Positions 1 through 13,985 of a stretch of 64,000 nt of DNA are shown here, one piece after another. The notes below the pieces were generated by a model. The model was not told the DNA's origin and did no database searches. It was given only the letters and a program-made list of their open reading frames with translations. Position 1 is the first letter of the stretch. Each line of letters starts with the position of its first letter. The stretch comes from Octopus vulgaris (taxonomy: Eukaryota), in NCBI GenBank assembly GCA_951406725.2, contig OX597819.1, positions 70,742,001-70,806,000 on the forward strand, read 5' to 3'. Both the position numbers and the translations under genes were made by a program.

Positions 1-1259
1 GGAGTGCTCAGCCACTTGCCCGTTAATTTCATAAGCAGGCTGTTCCATTGATCAGATTATCTGGAACCCTCGTCGTCGTAACCGACGGAGTGCCATTGTA
101 ATAGGTTTCAGTATTCTTTTAGAAGAGTGCAGCAGACCTACGAAGAGGAATAAAATCCACGTATCTCTCACGTTACGAATCATATCGCAGAATGTCTGCC
201 ACTCCATCTTCCCATATCGGTTTCAAATTTTGGCACAAGGCTGTGACATTTAAACTGACTTGCAAAGTGCGACAGAAATACCTTCCATATTTATAAACGT
301 CCATTGGTATGACGCTTATAAAGTTAGGTAGAGGATAATGATACTATCATGCAGCTATTGTTTTACCGTTTTTCTTTTAGTTACTATCATGGTTTCAAGT
401 ATTGCACAGCGTGCGTTTAACGTAGAAGCATTAATAAAGAATGGTGACTCTCAGTTTTTTTCTGTATTCTTTTCCGATTCTGTAATTTATCTTCGCGAAA
501 TAATTCACCATCCACTTAGCGCTAACAAGGTAGATTATTTAGCTAATTTCCAACACGGTGAGATGTCCTACTTCTTTCGTTGTTTCTGACGAGGAATAAT
601 CTCATAAATCAAATTATTAATTTACTGATACAATTTTAATGCAAAAAATTACAATAGGATACTCATATACAAAGAGAGCTCAAAACGAATTAGTTGAATA
701 ATGATCGGCTTTTCTGAAGAAAATTGAACTCGCATAGCGAGCTGAAATTTTACCAACGAACCACGACCAGACAACGCACACGTTTAAGTGACTGAGTGTC
801 CATTCGCTTAACGGTTTGAAATTTGAACAACATGTATAATTAGACTACACATTAGTGCTGAGGGGGTACATATAAAAGGTTCGTTAAAGTCCACGCAAGC
901 ATTTCATGGGGCTTGAAAATTTCCCCATTTTATATAGAATGCAAGTACATCTCCGTAATATTTCTCGTATTTCTTGCTAAAAATATAAGCATGGATCGCC
1001 AGAAGCAAGACAAAGGAAAAGACGAGTGCGTACACACACACACATACACAAACACTCATACATATACGTATAAGCTTATGTATTAACTATTGATGTAGCG
1101 GCAAAACTTCGTTTCATGCTTTCATATGGAGCTTCGGTGTGGCTGGGAACGGATTACCCCTATACACATATCAGTTACTCTTGTAAGGAACAGCTTGGTT
1201 AGCAAACAGGGCTCAGGAACATATTATATTCGCATATAGAGACCCCCCACTGTATATCT

Positions 1260-1528
1260 CGGACATTGTGAAAAATCTAAAGAACATCTACTTTGGCCAT
1301 ATTTGAAGAAATAGAAGTCTGGAAAATATGACAATGGAAGGAAAAGTAGAGGGAAGTGAATCAAGAGGTAGGCAAAGAACGCAATGGGTGAACAATATCA
1401 AGAGCTGGTTGGATAAAAGAGGCACAAGGCAGCTGGAGGACTGGCTTTTAATCGGGAAGACATTTGTCGTAAAGTCATCACTACGCGGCAGACGTACGAT
1501 CCATGAAGATGAGGACGACGACTGTTAG
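1260..1528 (+). mobile_element. RTE-clade LINE 3' fragment
   Basis: YFGHI.R...MEGKVEGSESRGRQRTQWVNNIKSW. Confidence 0.7.
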
Positions 1529-1571
1529 AAAATTACTATTTTTAAATCTCACAACGTGAGATATTCAGCAA

Positions 1572-1833
1572 CAGTACTTTGTAGTAAAGATTTTTTGCCA
1601 ACATAACATGGCAGTCCCGGTCTAGGACGAATGTTGCTGTAATTTAGCCCCAGGAAACACATCCAGCTGGCTATACGACATGATCTATGTCCCTTGTTCA
1701 AAAATATAAGGACACAGATCGTATCGTATATCCAGCTGGAGACGACGTCGCCTGGGGCTAAATTACAGCAACATTCGTCCTATACCGGGACAGCCATGTT
1801 ATGCTGGCAAACAATCTTTACTGCAACGACTGT
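1572..1833. mobile_element. Foldback MITE (~125-bp imperfect arms)
   Basis: GGACGAATGTTGCTGTAATTTAGCCCCAGG / CCTGGGGCTAAATTACAGCAACATTCGTCC; partial relative at ~19090-19225. Confidence 0.75.
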
Positions 1834-1980
1834 TTATAAGACAAATATAGAAAAGAAACAACTTGAAACGCTCAAACATTTTACTGAAAATTCTGGAAAG
1901 AAAAGCTCTTCTAATTTTCCATCAACGTTAGCGTGTCTTAAGCTGAGTTAGTACGATGCAGATCTGCAGCTGCATGCAAC

Positions 1981-2197
1981 TATTGGGTTGATACATAATT
2001 ATTGCGGCTTTTTTCAACAAATTTTATTCAACAAAAACCATAACAACATGTAACAAAAACATCTTCAATTATTGCTTCCCATTTGCTCGGCAGATTGTCA
2101 GACCGTCATTTAAAGATGTATTTGTTAAATATTGTTATTGCTTTTGTTGGATAAAATTTGTTGAAAAAATCCGCAATAATTATTCACCAACCCAATA
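1981..2197. mobile_element. mariner-derived MITE
   Basis: Ends TATTGGGTTG...CAACCCAATA, long imperfect TIRs, internal DNLPSKWEAII remnant on the minus strand. Confidence 0.75.
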
Positions 2198-2805
2198 GAT
2201 ATCACGTATAAACTTGTAGCAGTGTATAACCGTATGGTTTATATATAATTAAATCTTTCTAATTAATAATAATCCAAAATTTTGGCAAAAGACCAGTGAT
2301 TTTAAGAAATAGGTAGTAATAAATCGATTACATCGATCCCTCAATTTTGCTGTTACTTTATTTCATCGACTCCGAAAGGATGACAGGAATTTGAATTCAG
2401 AGCGTAAAACCGGAAGAAATGCCACTAAATATGTTGTCCGGTTTGCTTACGATTCTGCCAGCTCCCCGTCTTAGTAATTAATGATTTGTAATTAATGCAA
2501 CAATTGAGGCGCGTACATTGCAATGAAGTTATTGTCAACTCCACATGACTTGTATTCATTACTTTGTTTTACGTAACATCTTTAGATAATATCAATGAGG
2601 GTCTGGTTTATTGTAAGGGACAAAGATGGATGCAGTAAATAGGACAGCTGTCTAATTGTGCGTTGTGGATTGTAGAATAAGATGGCTGCCAGAATAACTT
2701 TAGCACTGAACAGATTCTAATAGGGTCAACGAATTTAAGGGGATTAAATCGGATTAGTATACTTGGATGATTAAATTCGTGCATACATATGTAGATAAAT
2801 TGATT

Positions 2806-2888
<83 letters not shown>

Positions 2889-2908
2889 GCATCGCATAAG
2901 CATATACG

Positions 2909-2943
<35 letters not shown>

Positions 2944-3094
2944 GCATACAAACGTACGTGTATTATCATATACGCAAATTACACACTGTGTATATTTTTT
3001 TTTGTGATTCATTGTGTTTGTACATGTGTGTGTATTAATGCACAAACGTGATTATATGCGTGTGTGTATGTGCGTATGAGTGTGTGAGTTAGAA

Positions 3095-3158
<64 letters not shown>

Positions 3159-3365
3159 AAAAAATTATTCGAAATGGCTTCTCTAATAATTTTTCGACTT
3201 TAATAATTAGATGTTTATGAATTAATAATTTACTAAACATCTAAATTATTAAAGTGGAAAAATTATTAGAAAAGCCATTTCGAATCATTTTTATTTTTCA
3301 GATATAAAATACTGAACCAAGAACTTTTCATTTTTAATTCTGTTCTCTCTCTCTTCTTGTTTGTC

Positions 3366-3410
<45 letters not shown>

Positions 3411-3454
3411 TATGCTTATGTGTGTGTGTATGTATGTGTGTGTGTGCATATATG

Positions 3455-3500
<46 letters not shown>

Positions 3501-3742
3501 CGTGTGTGTGTATGTATGTGTATATATATGTATGAATATATATATTTGTATGTATGTATGCAAGTATGTATATGAGCGTAAACGAGCTAGCTTCCTGATC
3601 AAACTGCTTTAAATAATAATAATAATAATAATAATACATACATACATACATGCACACATACATATATATATATGTATTTGTGTGTGTGTGTGTGTGTGTG
3701 TGTGTATAACGGTAATTTTTCATAGCATTTTTCCGATGGCCG

Positions 3743-3803
3743 GATAACTGAAGAGATAGCGGAGGGGATTTCCGCCTCGGCATCCGAAACTCGGAGTTTT
3801 ATC
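3743..3803 (+). ncRNA. Type I hammerhead ribozyme motif, GUU site
   Basis: GATAA-CTGAAGA-GATagcggaggggatttccgcctcggcATCc-GAAA-CTCGGA-GTT-TTATC. Stem I GATAA/TTATC extends via TGGCC/GGCTA, and loop II holds an inner hairpin GCGGA/TCCGC. Confidence 0.75.
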
Positions 3804-3838
3804 ATGGCTACCGAATAATTGTCGTATATTACATTTAC

Positions 3839-3905
<67 letters not shown>

Positions 3906-4093
3906 CATTTACAGATATATATATACATTTTTAAAAAAAATTGAAGTAAAATTGTAAAATGGTGTTTGACTCTCATCAAAAGTAGTAATTTTTAATTTTT
4001 ATTTTACATTTTAAACAAACACCATTTTACAATTTTACTTCAAATTTAAAAAAAAACTATCATTCGATATATTATACAATATTCATATTTTAT

Positions 4094-4183
4094 ATCTCTG
4101 AAGAACAGAAGGGTTGTTTATAAATGCTTATCAATACAGGATTTCATTATAGGGACAACTCTTCTGCGAAACTATCGCAAGAT
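4094..4183 (+). ncRNA. Degenerate hammerhead-like motif
   Basis: ATCT-CTGAAGA-aCAGAAGGGTTGT...ACAACTCTTCTGc-GAAA-CTATC-GCA-AGAT. 12-bp stem II and stem I ATCT/AGAT, but the cleavage triplet has C in place of U16.1. Confidence 0.5.
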
Positions 4184-4519
4184 GCTTAAATATTTAATTC
4201 AAAATTTTAAAATTATCAAATTTATTTTATACATTATATTTATATTTTTATATTTATGTATTTATATATATTTTGAATACAATAATTTCTTTCACACGGC
4301 TATATCGTTATGATGTGTTTAGATATTGATTTTCTTTATTAATAATAATAATATATTATTAAAAAATATATGTATATATCGTTCGTATTAAATATATAAA
4401 TACTTTAATAGTATTAATATTGTTATACAATGGAACACTCAATATAAATTCAGTATAAAATATTCTTATTGAATATATTTACCTAAAGATTTATATATAT
4501 ATATATATTTTTTTTCTCC

Positions 4520-5073
4520 TCTAGTTTCAGCTCAGAGCTGCGGCCATGCTGATGCACCGCCGTTTTGTGCTACACTGTTATTACGAAGAACCTCGTCTAA
4601 TATGTGGCACTTGGTGAAGAATGGAGTTTGATATAGCTACTCTCATTTGCACCTCTTGCCGTGAGGTAGGTTCATCTGGAAGATGTCCAGCTTTGATTTA
4701 AAAACCGCTACATCTACTTTGTGCAAGTTCCTCAGACTCTTTGGGAGAATATTAAAAAGCTGTGGGCCCTTGAAACCCAGGCTGTTGCAGATGCTGGTCC
4801 TGAAGCGTGATGACATTGCTGGGATCTTTGGCACCAGGCAGTGTCGTCCCGTTTTAGCATTGGTGTAGCTTACAATGCCAAAATTTGGCACAATTCCTTC
4901 CAGGATCTTCCAGACATATATTACTGCATACCTCTCCGTCTTCTCTCCAGGGAGTAGAGTCTTAGCTGTTTCAACCTTTCCCAGTAGCTGAGCTGTTGCA
5001 AAGAGACGATCTTCTTTGTGAATCTTCTCTGGATTGCTTCAAGGTCCGCTGTTAATTTTACACTGGTGGGTGA

Positions 5074-5076
<3 letters not shown>
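4520..5076 (-). mobile_element. CR1-like LINE 3' fragment with terminal tail
   Basis: WSP...LEAIQRRFTK..SYWERLKQLRLYSLERRR, FKSKLD; tail GGCGGTGCATCAGCATGGCCGCAG. Confidence 0.8.
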
Positions 5077-5141
<65 letters not shown>

Positions 5142-5299
5142 CTTTAGGTAAACATATTCAATAAGAATATTTTATACTGAATGTATACATACATACATAC
5201 ATACGTACATACATTAATAGATACATACAGTTGTGGACGTCAGCAGCGCAACAGTTGCTAACATAAAGCTAACATAAAGCTGTAGATCACCGAAAAAGA

Positions 5300-5535
5300 G
5301 TTTACCTAGGCTAAATTTTTGAGAAATTTGCAGTTACTCTATCCAGATTACAAGTCCAGGTTTATACCTGTAATTATTGGAACCCTGGGATATGTATCAC
5401 ACTGACTAAGTACCAATCCTGAGAAATTCGGTTTCTCAGAAATAGAAAGGAAAAAGCTGTTTCGAAGCCTACAGAAAAAAGCCATCACTGGAACAGTAAA
5501 AATCTGTAAAACTTTCCTGAAGTTTATCATTTAAG
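5300..5535 (+). mobile_element. RLE-type LINE C-terminal fragment
   Basis: YPDYKSRFIPVIIGTLGYV...TGTVKICKTFLKF. Confidence 0.6.
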
Positions 5536-5950
5536 TATATATAAGCATGTCTAGACATGTAACTACATTGATTAGAAGATGTGCATAAGACAAAACATAC
5601 AAATCTGCACGTGAACTGACTCCAAATGCAGCACATATATACACACATACATACAAAAATACCCTGTTGATGTTGTTGAAATTCCAGAGAAACAGCCTCA
5701 AATCGACTTTGCCTTTCATCCTTACAAAATAATGATGCAATGCTTCCATTGGAATGGTTTCCAACAAGTCAAGGGAAAATAACAAGAAATCAGAATTTGC
5801 TCATTTTGTACGCTTAGGTATACTCAGCAGCTTAGGCGTTAATTCACTTCATTGATCGGATAATTCAGAAGATTGAAACCGACAGAAACCCATTTATTAC
5901 ACACACGCGCACACGCGCGCGCGCATACACACAGACACATACACACACTT

Positions 5951-6024
<74 letters not shown>

Positions 6025-6035
6025 TATTTGTATAT

Positions 6036-6071
<36 letters not shown>

Positions 6072-6258
6072 ATAAATATGCGTGCACACCTACAGATATA
6101 TATATATATATACATGTATGTATGTATGTATGTATATATATATATGTGTGTGTATGTATATATAAGTATATACATAGATATGTATATGTGAGTGTATACA
6201 TATGACGCATATACACACACATATGTATATTCATTTGTACGTATATATATGTATATGT

Positions 6259-6324
<66 letters not shown>

Positions 6325-6926
6325 CGGGTCTCTTGAGTTACGCACAAATATACACACACGTGTATTTGCGAGTGTATGAATTTATGAGAAATTGTGATTG
6401 ATCGAATTAGTGTGCTTGAAACATTGCTGAAGCCATACAATAGCTTAAAAGCTATGTCAAGATTATGGCGGTAAGATTAAGTGCGAAGACGAAACGTCTG
6501 TGTATGCGTTTATATACGTTTACATGTATTTATAAAGTGTTTATGTGTGTTTACACGTATATATATATGTTTTTACATGTGTTTATATGTAATAAAATCG
6601 ATTTATATGTGTTTATATGTACTTATGTGTGTGTATATTTGTTTATATATTGATTCTTTGATCGTTTTCCTCTCACGTCTTCTCTGTCAGTGACAAAATT
6701 ACTTATAAATTGAATGGCGATAATGGAGTAATTTATACTTGTGTTAAAGAATGATTGTTGCTGGTGGTGGTGGTGGTGGTGGTGATAATGATGTGGTTGT
6801 TGTTGTCATTAAGGCCAATGAACTCTCGACAAGCTGCGAACACACGCATATGAAATAACTTACGTATCAACGTAAACTACTTGATACTTGAATACAAAGT
6901 TACATTGATATATAGATATATGTGTT

Positions 6927-7002
<76 letters not shown>

Positions 7003-7620
7003 TATGTGTATATATATATTATATATGTACGTATATATATATGCATGTGTGTATAATTATATACTTATATGTATATGCATACATATATATACATACATAT
7101 ACATATGTTCATATATCCATATGACTATGTATATTTGTGTGCGTACACACACACATATATATATATGTATGCATTAATATATGAATATCCATTCATGTAC
7201 ATTCATCCATATGTACAAACATACATACATACATATACACAACTGTACATACACATATGCATACATACAAATATACTTACCTACCTACATACATACATTC
7301 ATATATACTTACATACACAAATATAGATATATACGCATACATACATGCATACATAAATACATCTATGCAATACATAAGCAATACCCTAAAAGTAACTTCA
7401 AGAGAAAAATCAGAAGTAATGGTTTAAGGTCAGACAGTACCCTCTAAACAATTAAGACAAAAATAATTACATAAAAAGGGTTAAGAGAGCGACACCATAC
7501 GAATGGAGCGTGAACTTCTTAGTGTTTACACATAGACTGAAGACAATTCATGAAAACTAGGAAATGTTAGACGATTGCGTCTCAACAGAGACTTTCCTGT
7601 AGAATATGGTATTAATAACT

Positions 7621-7960
7621 TTAAGAAGACCTTTAAGCAATGCAGGTGAGAATCTTGTAAAAATTATATAAGGTGATATCAATAAATAATGACAAAGACA
7701 AGATTTTGTATCACTCTAAATAGGTTGTTTAATGTCTCTGTTATATTTCGAGGAAGTTTCCTATTTTCTAACATAAGCTAGAAAATAATCTGTCTTATTT
7801 TCTTTCTTATATTTGATAAAGGGAAGCTTTCCCGAAATAAAATAGAAGCAATAAAAAAACCTATGCGGGATGATACAAAATTTTGTTATTGTCTTTATTT
7901 ATTGGCATCACCTAGCATATTTTACCTTATTTCTTACGTTGCTTAACGCCTTCTTTAAAA
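7621..7960. mobile_element. Old foldback / MITE-like palindrome
   Basis: Degenerate arms, e.g. AGGTGATATCAATAAATAA / TTATTTATTGGCATCACCT and ATTTTGTATCA / TGATACAAAAT. Confidence 0.6.
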
Positions 7961-8599
7961 TATTTATAACATTCACTCATTGCAGTGTTTCAGGCAAGTG
8001 CAACACATTATTTACAAGGATGTATTTCATACAAACTTAATAATAATGTCGGTTTTGATAGGAAGTCTAAGATGATTAGCTAGCAGAATCGTTAATACGC
8101 CGGGCAAAATATTAAGCGGCACTTCATCCGTCTTTATGCTCTGAGTACAAATTCAACCGAGGTCAACTTTACCTTTCATACTTTGGGGTCAATAAATTAA
8201 GTACCAGTTGATTAATGGAATTCGATGCAATCGACCTGCTCCTCTCCCAAAACTGCTGGCCCTGTGCCAAAATTTAAAATCAATATAGATTGGAAGTTTA
8301 TAAGATAACTAGTTGACCTCGTACCATCAATAATGACGGATAATTGTATATTTCATATATAAATAAGGTACAAAATAAGGTACATAATCATCACACATAC
8401 ACACATTCACATACTTCCCTTGTACACGCACACACATACACACATATACTCACACAGTTCATCTATCACCCCTTCCTTTCTCTCATTGCTATTACCTTTC
8501 CTCACTCCCTCTCAGTCAAGGATATTACTTCCACTTCTCCTTCACTGAATTGCTATTTTCTCTCCTCCTCCACGTCCGGCGTAATTCTGGACATATAAA

Positions 8600-9230
8600 A
8601 ATACTACTTTTATAACCCACTAATCTATACAAAATACTAAAATACTAAACAGCTCCAATTCCTAAGTCATGTAGAATGTTAGTATATAAGTTTTTTACAT
8701 CAAAGCTGACTAAGCTTGTGTCTTGGTATACTTTCTGGAGGATATAGTTCAGGAATTCCATATCATCTCTGATGTATCTTGGAACTTTTTTACATAGGGG
8801 TTTCAGAATGATGTCTAATAAATTGCTTAGTCGTTGTGTGCTTGAAGCTGGACAAGCAACAAATGGACGTAATTTTAAATCTGTCGGATTTCTTCGACAT
8901 ATCAGGAAGTTTTGCCTTTTACGTTGTTTTGAATTTGTTTGGATTTGTGAACTTTCAGTAATCCATAAAAAATTGCTGGTTTTCATTTCAAAGTTAGGAT
9001 TTCCTTTAGTGTGAGGTTATTTTGCTCCTTTGTCGTCAGGTTACCTACTTTAATCATTGAATTTTTTTCCTCGCATTTGTTGATTTTTTCCTGTAAAATC
9101 CTTCGTCATTCAACTGTTCTAGGATCATAACTTTATAGTGGTTTTTGCCCATGACGATTGCTCCACCTTTGTCAGCTTCTTTTATGATTATTGAGGAATC
9201 TTGTTGTAGTTTCCTAGTTTCCTTAGTGCC
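8600..9230 (-). mobile_element. Penelope-like element reverse transcriptase fragment (disrupted)
   Basis: IIIKEADKGGAIVVM, LKLRPFVACPASSTQRLSNLLDIILKP and LVSFDVKNLYTNI motifs characteristic of PLE RT. Confidence 0.85.
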
Positions 9231-9448
9231 AACAGTTGGTCGGGAGGGATGTTGATCAGAACTACCAGTGTAGTCCTTCTTTTCGTTTTATCAAATATAC
9301 CCAACTATACCAAGGATCTCACACATTTTCCAGTATGTATATATATAGTTAATCCAAACATGAAAACACAAAGAGAAAATACAACAACGCGAGGACGTGG
9401 AACAAATATAATATTATTGGACGCTCAGGAAGGAAGGGAAGAAGGAGA

Positions 9449-9483
9449 GTTTAACGTTTCGAGCGGAGCTCTTCGTCAGAAAC
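9449..9483 (-). ncRNA. Minimal type I hammerhead motif within a ~205-bp short element (9345-9555)
   Basis: Minus strand GTTT-CTGACGA-A-GAGctccgCTC-GAAA-C-GTT-AAAC. Loopless palindromic stem III (ACGT), as in Penelope-type minimal hammerheads. Confidence 0.7.
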
Positions 9484-9591
9484 ATAGGAAAAGGAAAGAG
9501 CCAGAGAAGGTAAGACGAAGGAAAAAAATCGCCAACGGTACACACGTGGTCACATTTTGAATGACCGGAAGGGAATGGGTGAAGCAAAGTT

Positions 9592-9633
<42 letters not shown>

Positions 9634-9710
9634 CATACATATATACATGCATACATACACACATATATATACACGCACATATACACATACACACATCTGT
9701 GTATATCCAC

Positions 9711-10003
9711 TGTTGTATAGTGAAACTGTATACCCCTCCCGGTAAAAAGCCATTATAAATAGACCAGAAGCCGGTCGTCAAGAGAGGGTCAAGAGTCGAA
9801 GAGTTAAGAGCCGACCGTTCTAATCGGTGTCTTGTGGAGTTATCAGTGATAGCAAAACAGAAGTTAATATATTACTATTCCGGTACGAAGAGATACAACG
9901 GTATCTGATGACTAATAACTACTGTGGCTACTAGCGTAAAATAGCAACTACAGTACAACAGCAGTCACACATCACACCAGTGAGAGAAACGAAATTCACA
10001 ACA
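9711..10003 (+). mobile_element. Possible solo LTR
   Basis: TGTTGT...ACAACA termini, internal TATAAATA; no clear target-site duplication. Confidence 0.4.
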
Positions 10004-10006
10004 ATA

Positions 10007-10042
<36 letters not shown>

Positions 10043-10086
10043 TGTATGTATGTATGTATGTATGTATGTATGTATGTACGTATGTA

Positions 10087-10153
<67 letters not shown>

Positions 10154-10594
10154 ATATCTATGTATATGTATGTGTGCATGCGCGCGCGTGTGTAGTTATT
10201 TCCCTTCTACGATATGTGTTCAAACCTCATCAAGATTAATTCTGTTTTCGTCCGTCGTGAGGGTCGATAAAACTATCAGTGGCGCAATTAGATCGATTGA
10301 TCGATACAATCGATCGGACCATACAGTCTCTCACCTCAGACTAAATAAAAGTCAATATCTTTTTTATGGTTATCGCTCTCTGATCACCGATAGATCAATA
10401 AATGAACTCTATTGAACTGCACTTAGTGTATTGGTTGTTTAATGGTAGCAAGACATAGAGTTTGTAACTAGTATTCAGGAAGTGAAATGCTACGAGTGAT
10501 TAGTTTTACTCCTTTAAATGCGTGCGCACGAGCACACATGCACACGTATAAGCATCTACAGACACACTCTCACGTATTAACGCATATATACTCG

Positions 10595-10626
<32 letters not shown>

Positions 10627-10696
10627 GTGACCGCGTGTGTATCGTTGGCAATTTTCTTTCTCCGTCTTCCCTTCCTTGGACCTTTCCTTTTTCTAT

Positions 10697-10729
10697 GTTT
10701 CTGACGAAGAGCTCCGCTCGAAACGTTAA
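10697..10729 (+). ncRNA. Minimal type I hammerhead motif within a second copy of the same short element (10626-10830)
   Basis: GTTT-CTGACGA-A-GAGctccgCTC-GAAA-C-GTT-AAg. Confidence 0.65.
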
Positions 10730-10854
10730 GTCCTCCTTCTTTCCTTTCCTGAGCGTCCAATAACACTATACTTGTTCCACGTCCATCCTCGCGTTGTTGC
10801 GTTTTATCTTTGTTCTTGTTTGGATTAACTATATATATATATATATTTCTAATC

Positions 10855-11053
10855 TAGGCACAAGGCCCGAAATTTTGGGAGAGTGGACCAGTTGATTAGA
10901 ACGACTCCAGTACGCAAATGATACTTATTCTATCGACCCTGAAAGGATGAAAGGCAAGGTCGACCTTGGCGGAATTTGAACTCAGAACATAAAGACAGAC
11001 GAAATACCACTAAGCATTTCGCTCGGTGTGCTAACGTTTCTGCCAGCTCGCCG
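10855..11053 (-). mobile_element. tRNA-derived SINE family A (other copies ~2277-2470 -, 8075-8285 +, 21355-21548 -, 39160-39265 +, 43440-43600 +, 55359-55420 +)
   Basis: Head GGCGAGCTGGCAGAA..GAGTTCAAATTCC; central GCCTTTCATCCTTTC.GGGTCGATA..TAAGTA. Confidence 0.85.
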
Positions 11054-11546
11054 TATATAATATGTATATGTGCGTGTACGTATGCGTATGTATGTCTGCA
11101 TATATGTATGTATGCATGGAGACACACACACACACTCATATGTATATTATGTAGATAGGGTTGAAATCCAAGCTGTGTCCTCTTGAAGCTAGTTTTCTAT
11201 AACGTGTACATTTTTGTGATTCCTATTAGAAAATGAAACATATGTAATGGCGAACAAATAATATTAAAACATTTTCCAGTATCCTGTTTTGATACATACA
11301 TGCACACACACACGCTCTCGTGCGCGCTTAAAGTCAAGAAAGTATTAAAAGTAGGTCTGATAAAGAGTAAAACATTTCATCCTTAATCATTAGCCCCAAA
11401 AAATATAACTCCCGAAGGGCCATAAGCGAAGCAAAATATATTTTGTCCGACTAACGTTTATGATTATCTCTCCCCCCCCTCTCTCTCTCTCTATATATAT
11501 ATATATACACACTTATATCTATTATACGTATATATATACATGTACG

Positions 11547-11578
<32 letters not shown>

Positions 11579-11607
11579 TATATATATACATATATACATA
11601 CATACAT

Positions 11608-11656
<49 letters not shown>

Positions 11657-11733
11657 AAGATATGTTTATAAAATGCACAAACGTATATGCATACATAGAG
11701 ATAGATTCATGGTTGCACACACACACACACACG

Positions 11734-11791
<58 letters not shown>

Positions 11792-11990
11792 TAATCGAGT
11801 GTCTCATGTATGTATGTGTGTGTACGAATGTGTGTCTAGGTACCTGAGTGAATGCTTACGTGTTTTTGTTTATGTGCGAGAAACTGTGTCCGTGTGTGCC
11901 TTCCTATATGTGTAGATGCGGAAGCATGTCTGGGCGAGCATGCACCTGAGTGCATCTGTATGTGTGGACGCGTATACGTGTGTGTGTATG

Positions 11991-12046
<56 letters not shown>

Positions 12047-12490
12047 CTTGTGTGCGCGTGTGAAACAAAGAGCTCATTTGTTATTGATATTCAACATCGA
12101 TACGCTTCAGCCAATCATAAATAAAAAAAATTATATACAACAGAAATGCTATTTAGTTCATTGACCACTGGAAACATCAGCAATGAGAGACGGACTCGCA
12201 GGAGCCAATTGGGAGAAAGAGAATTCAGGATTAACATACAATTATAGAAAGAGAAAATGAAAGCATTTTGTTATAGAAACCGGAAGTGACGACAGGGAAA
12301 TCCCATAATTTCATTTCGATTATATAACTTGAAAATCATATATATAGAACATTCATATAGATTTTTAACGGTTTCTAAATGCATTTTGTCACATATGCAG
12401 ATGCGGATACGATGTAAATAAAGCATCCCTTGTGGCGAATTGTCACCCGAGTTGCGTCTTAGCAAGCATCCGAAGCTCTGCGATAGTCTG

Positions 12491-12711
12491 TACTTGGGGA
12501 TGCTGGGAAGTTCCTAGCTTTAAGGGTAACGCGAAAAGCTTTGTCGGAAGCCTAACCATCTGAGTTCTTTTACAGGGCTTAGAAAAACTGAAGGACCGCT
12601 GCAATAAATGTGTGAATCTGAGAGGGGAATATGTTGAATAAAATCATAATTAATTAATCATCCTGTATTTTCTTTTACCCAAAGCCAACAACTTTTCAGC
12701 ACCCACTAGTA
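12491..12711 (+). mobile_element. mariner-derived MITE (second copy at ~32280-32436)
   Basis: Imperfect TIRs; internal QGLEKLKDRCNKCVNLRGEYVE* mariner C-terminus. Confidence 0.65.
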
Positions 12712-13459
12712 CATGGAATTCTTTTTTTCAAGGAATGAGCAAAATTTAAAGAATGGTTTATAATTTCACACCTATATATGTATAGCGTAGTTAGGTGGGG
12801 GCGGTAGGGGCATTAGGGGTGGCAATTTTAAAGGGGCACTACTTGTGGGTCTGCTGTAGGCAATATGTGTTTTTTGTGGGGTCGATGGGCGGCAAACTGA
12901 AGGGCGGCACACATTCTAGCTATTCTAGTGGCTGAAACTAACAAGGAAACTCTCGCATAGCTACCCAAACGTATCCCTGTGGCTTGTCACTGGTGTTCGT
13001 TGCAGGGTATTTTACATTACAGTGGTGTACCTCACCTATTTCAGAAATGTTCATGCTATCACAAAAAAGTATTACGAATATAAATGTTTATGAAATTATA
13101 CGGGGTTACTATCATCATTTCCGGCGTAATTTACATTCACATTTTTATGGCACAACACCGGGTCATAGTGCTAGTGCATGCATATACAGCAGCGTGCATG
13201 CGCACATACACGCGAGTACTGTCCAAATCTCCGACCAATCACATACAGCTTACTGGCATTCAATTGGCGTATCAAGTTTCGGGCATTTTGATTGGGATTG
13301 GGATAGAAAATTCACAAAAATGTGACTTCTATTGATTTTTTAATGGCTTTGCGGGGTGACTGGGGAAACGTAAAGTTGTGCACAACCACCCTTGGATGGT
13401 TTTGAATGACCATAGAAAGTACGAGCCCTCTAACTGAAAAATTGTGGATTTGTATAAAG

Positions 13460-13495
<36 letters not shown>

Positions 13496-13567
13496 GACAG
13501 ACATTTTGCTGTTTATATATAGAGAGATAACCGTACATTAAACAAATTCAGTGGTGATGGGTCTATA

Positions 13568-13985
13568 CAGGACGCGATTAAGACCCATTGAGGCCCTATG
13601 CACTTAAAAGATTTTTGCCCGCCCCCGATATATATGTAATTTAAAATATAAACAATGATAAACAATAAAATAAAATTTTATTTTTCAAAATGAAACAAAA
13701 CTAACAGTATGACGGAAAATAACGTTTATTCTCGTAAGTTTCGATTTTATTTATATTTAAAAAGTTTTCTACTACTTTTTATAACTGCAAAGTCTCTGAT
13801 CAGGTCTTCTCTATAACACTATGGACGCTTCGAAATTATATTTCCTATCATGTTAACCACTGAAAATACTATTTTAGCAAGTTTAAAGTGATTTCTTTTG
13901 TGCCGTAAACCATTTACTATTTCTGTGGGTGTTCCCCTTTTCTCGATACTCTGAGCATTTTGCTTAATGGTTAATGCAGCGCTGG
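13568..13985. mobile_element. hAT-derived non-autonomous element
   Basis: CAGGACGCGATTAA...TTAATGCAGCGCTG ends; minus-strand EDLIRDFAVIKSSRK resembles the hAT C-terminus. Confidence 0.5.

Noticed and set aside
3158-3292. AT-rich ~60-bp-arm imperfect palindrome
   Set aside because: Probably a small old MITE; no TSD or family assignment possible
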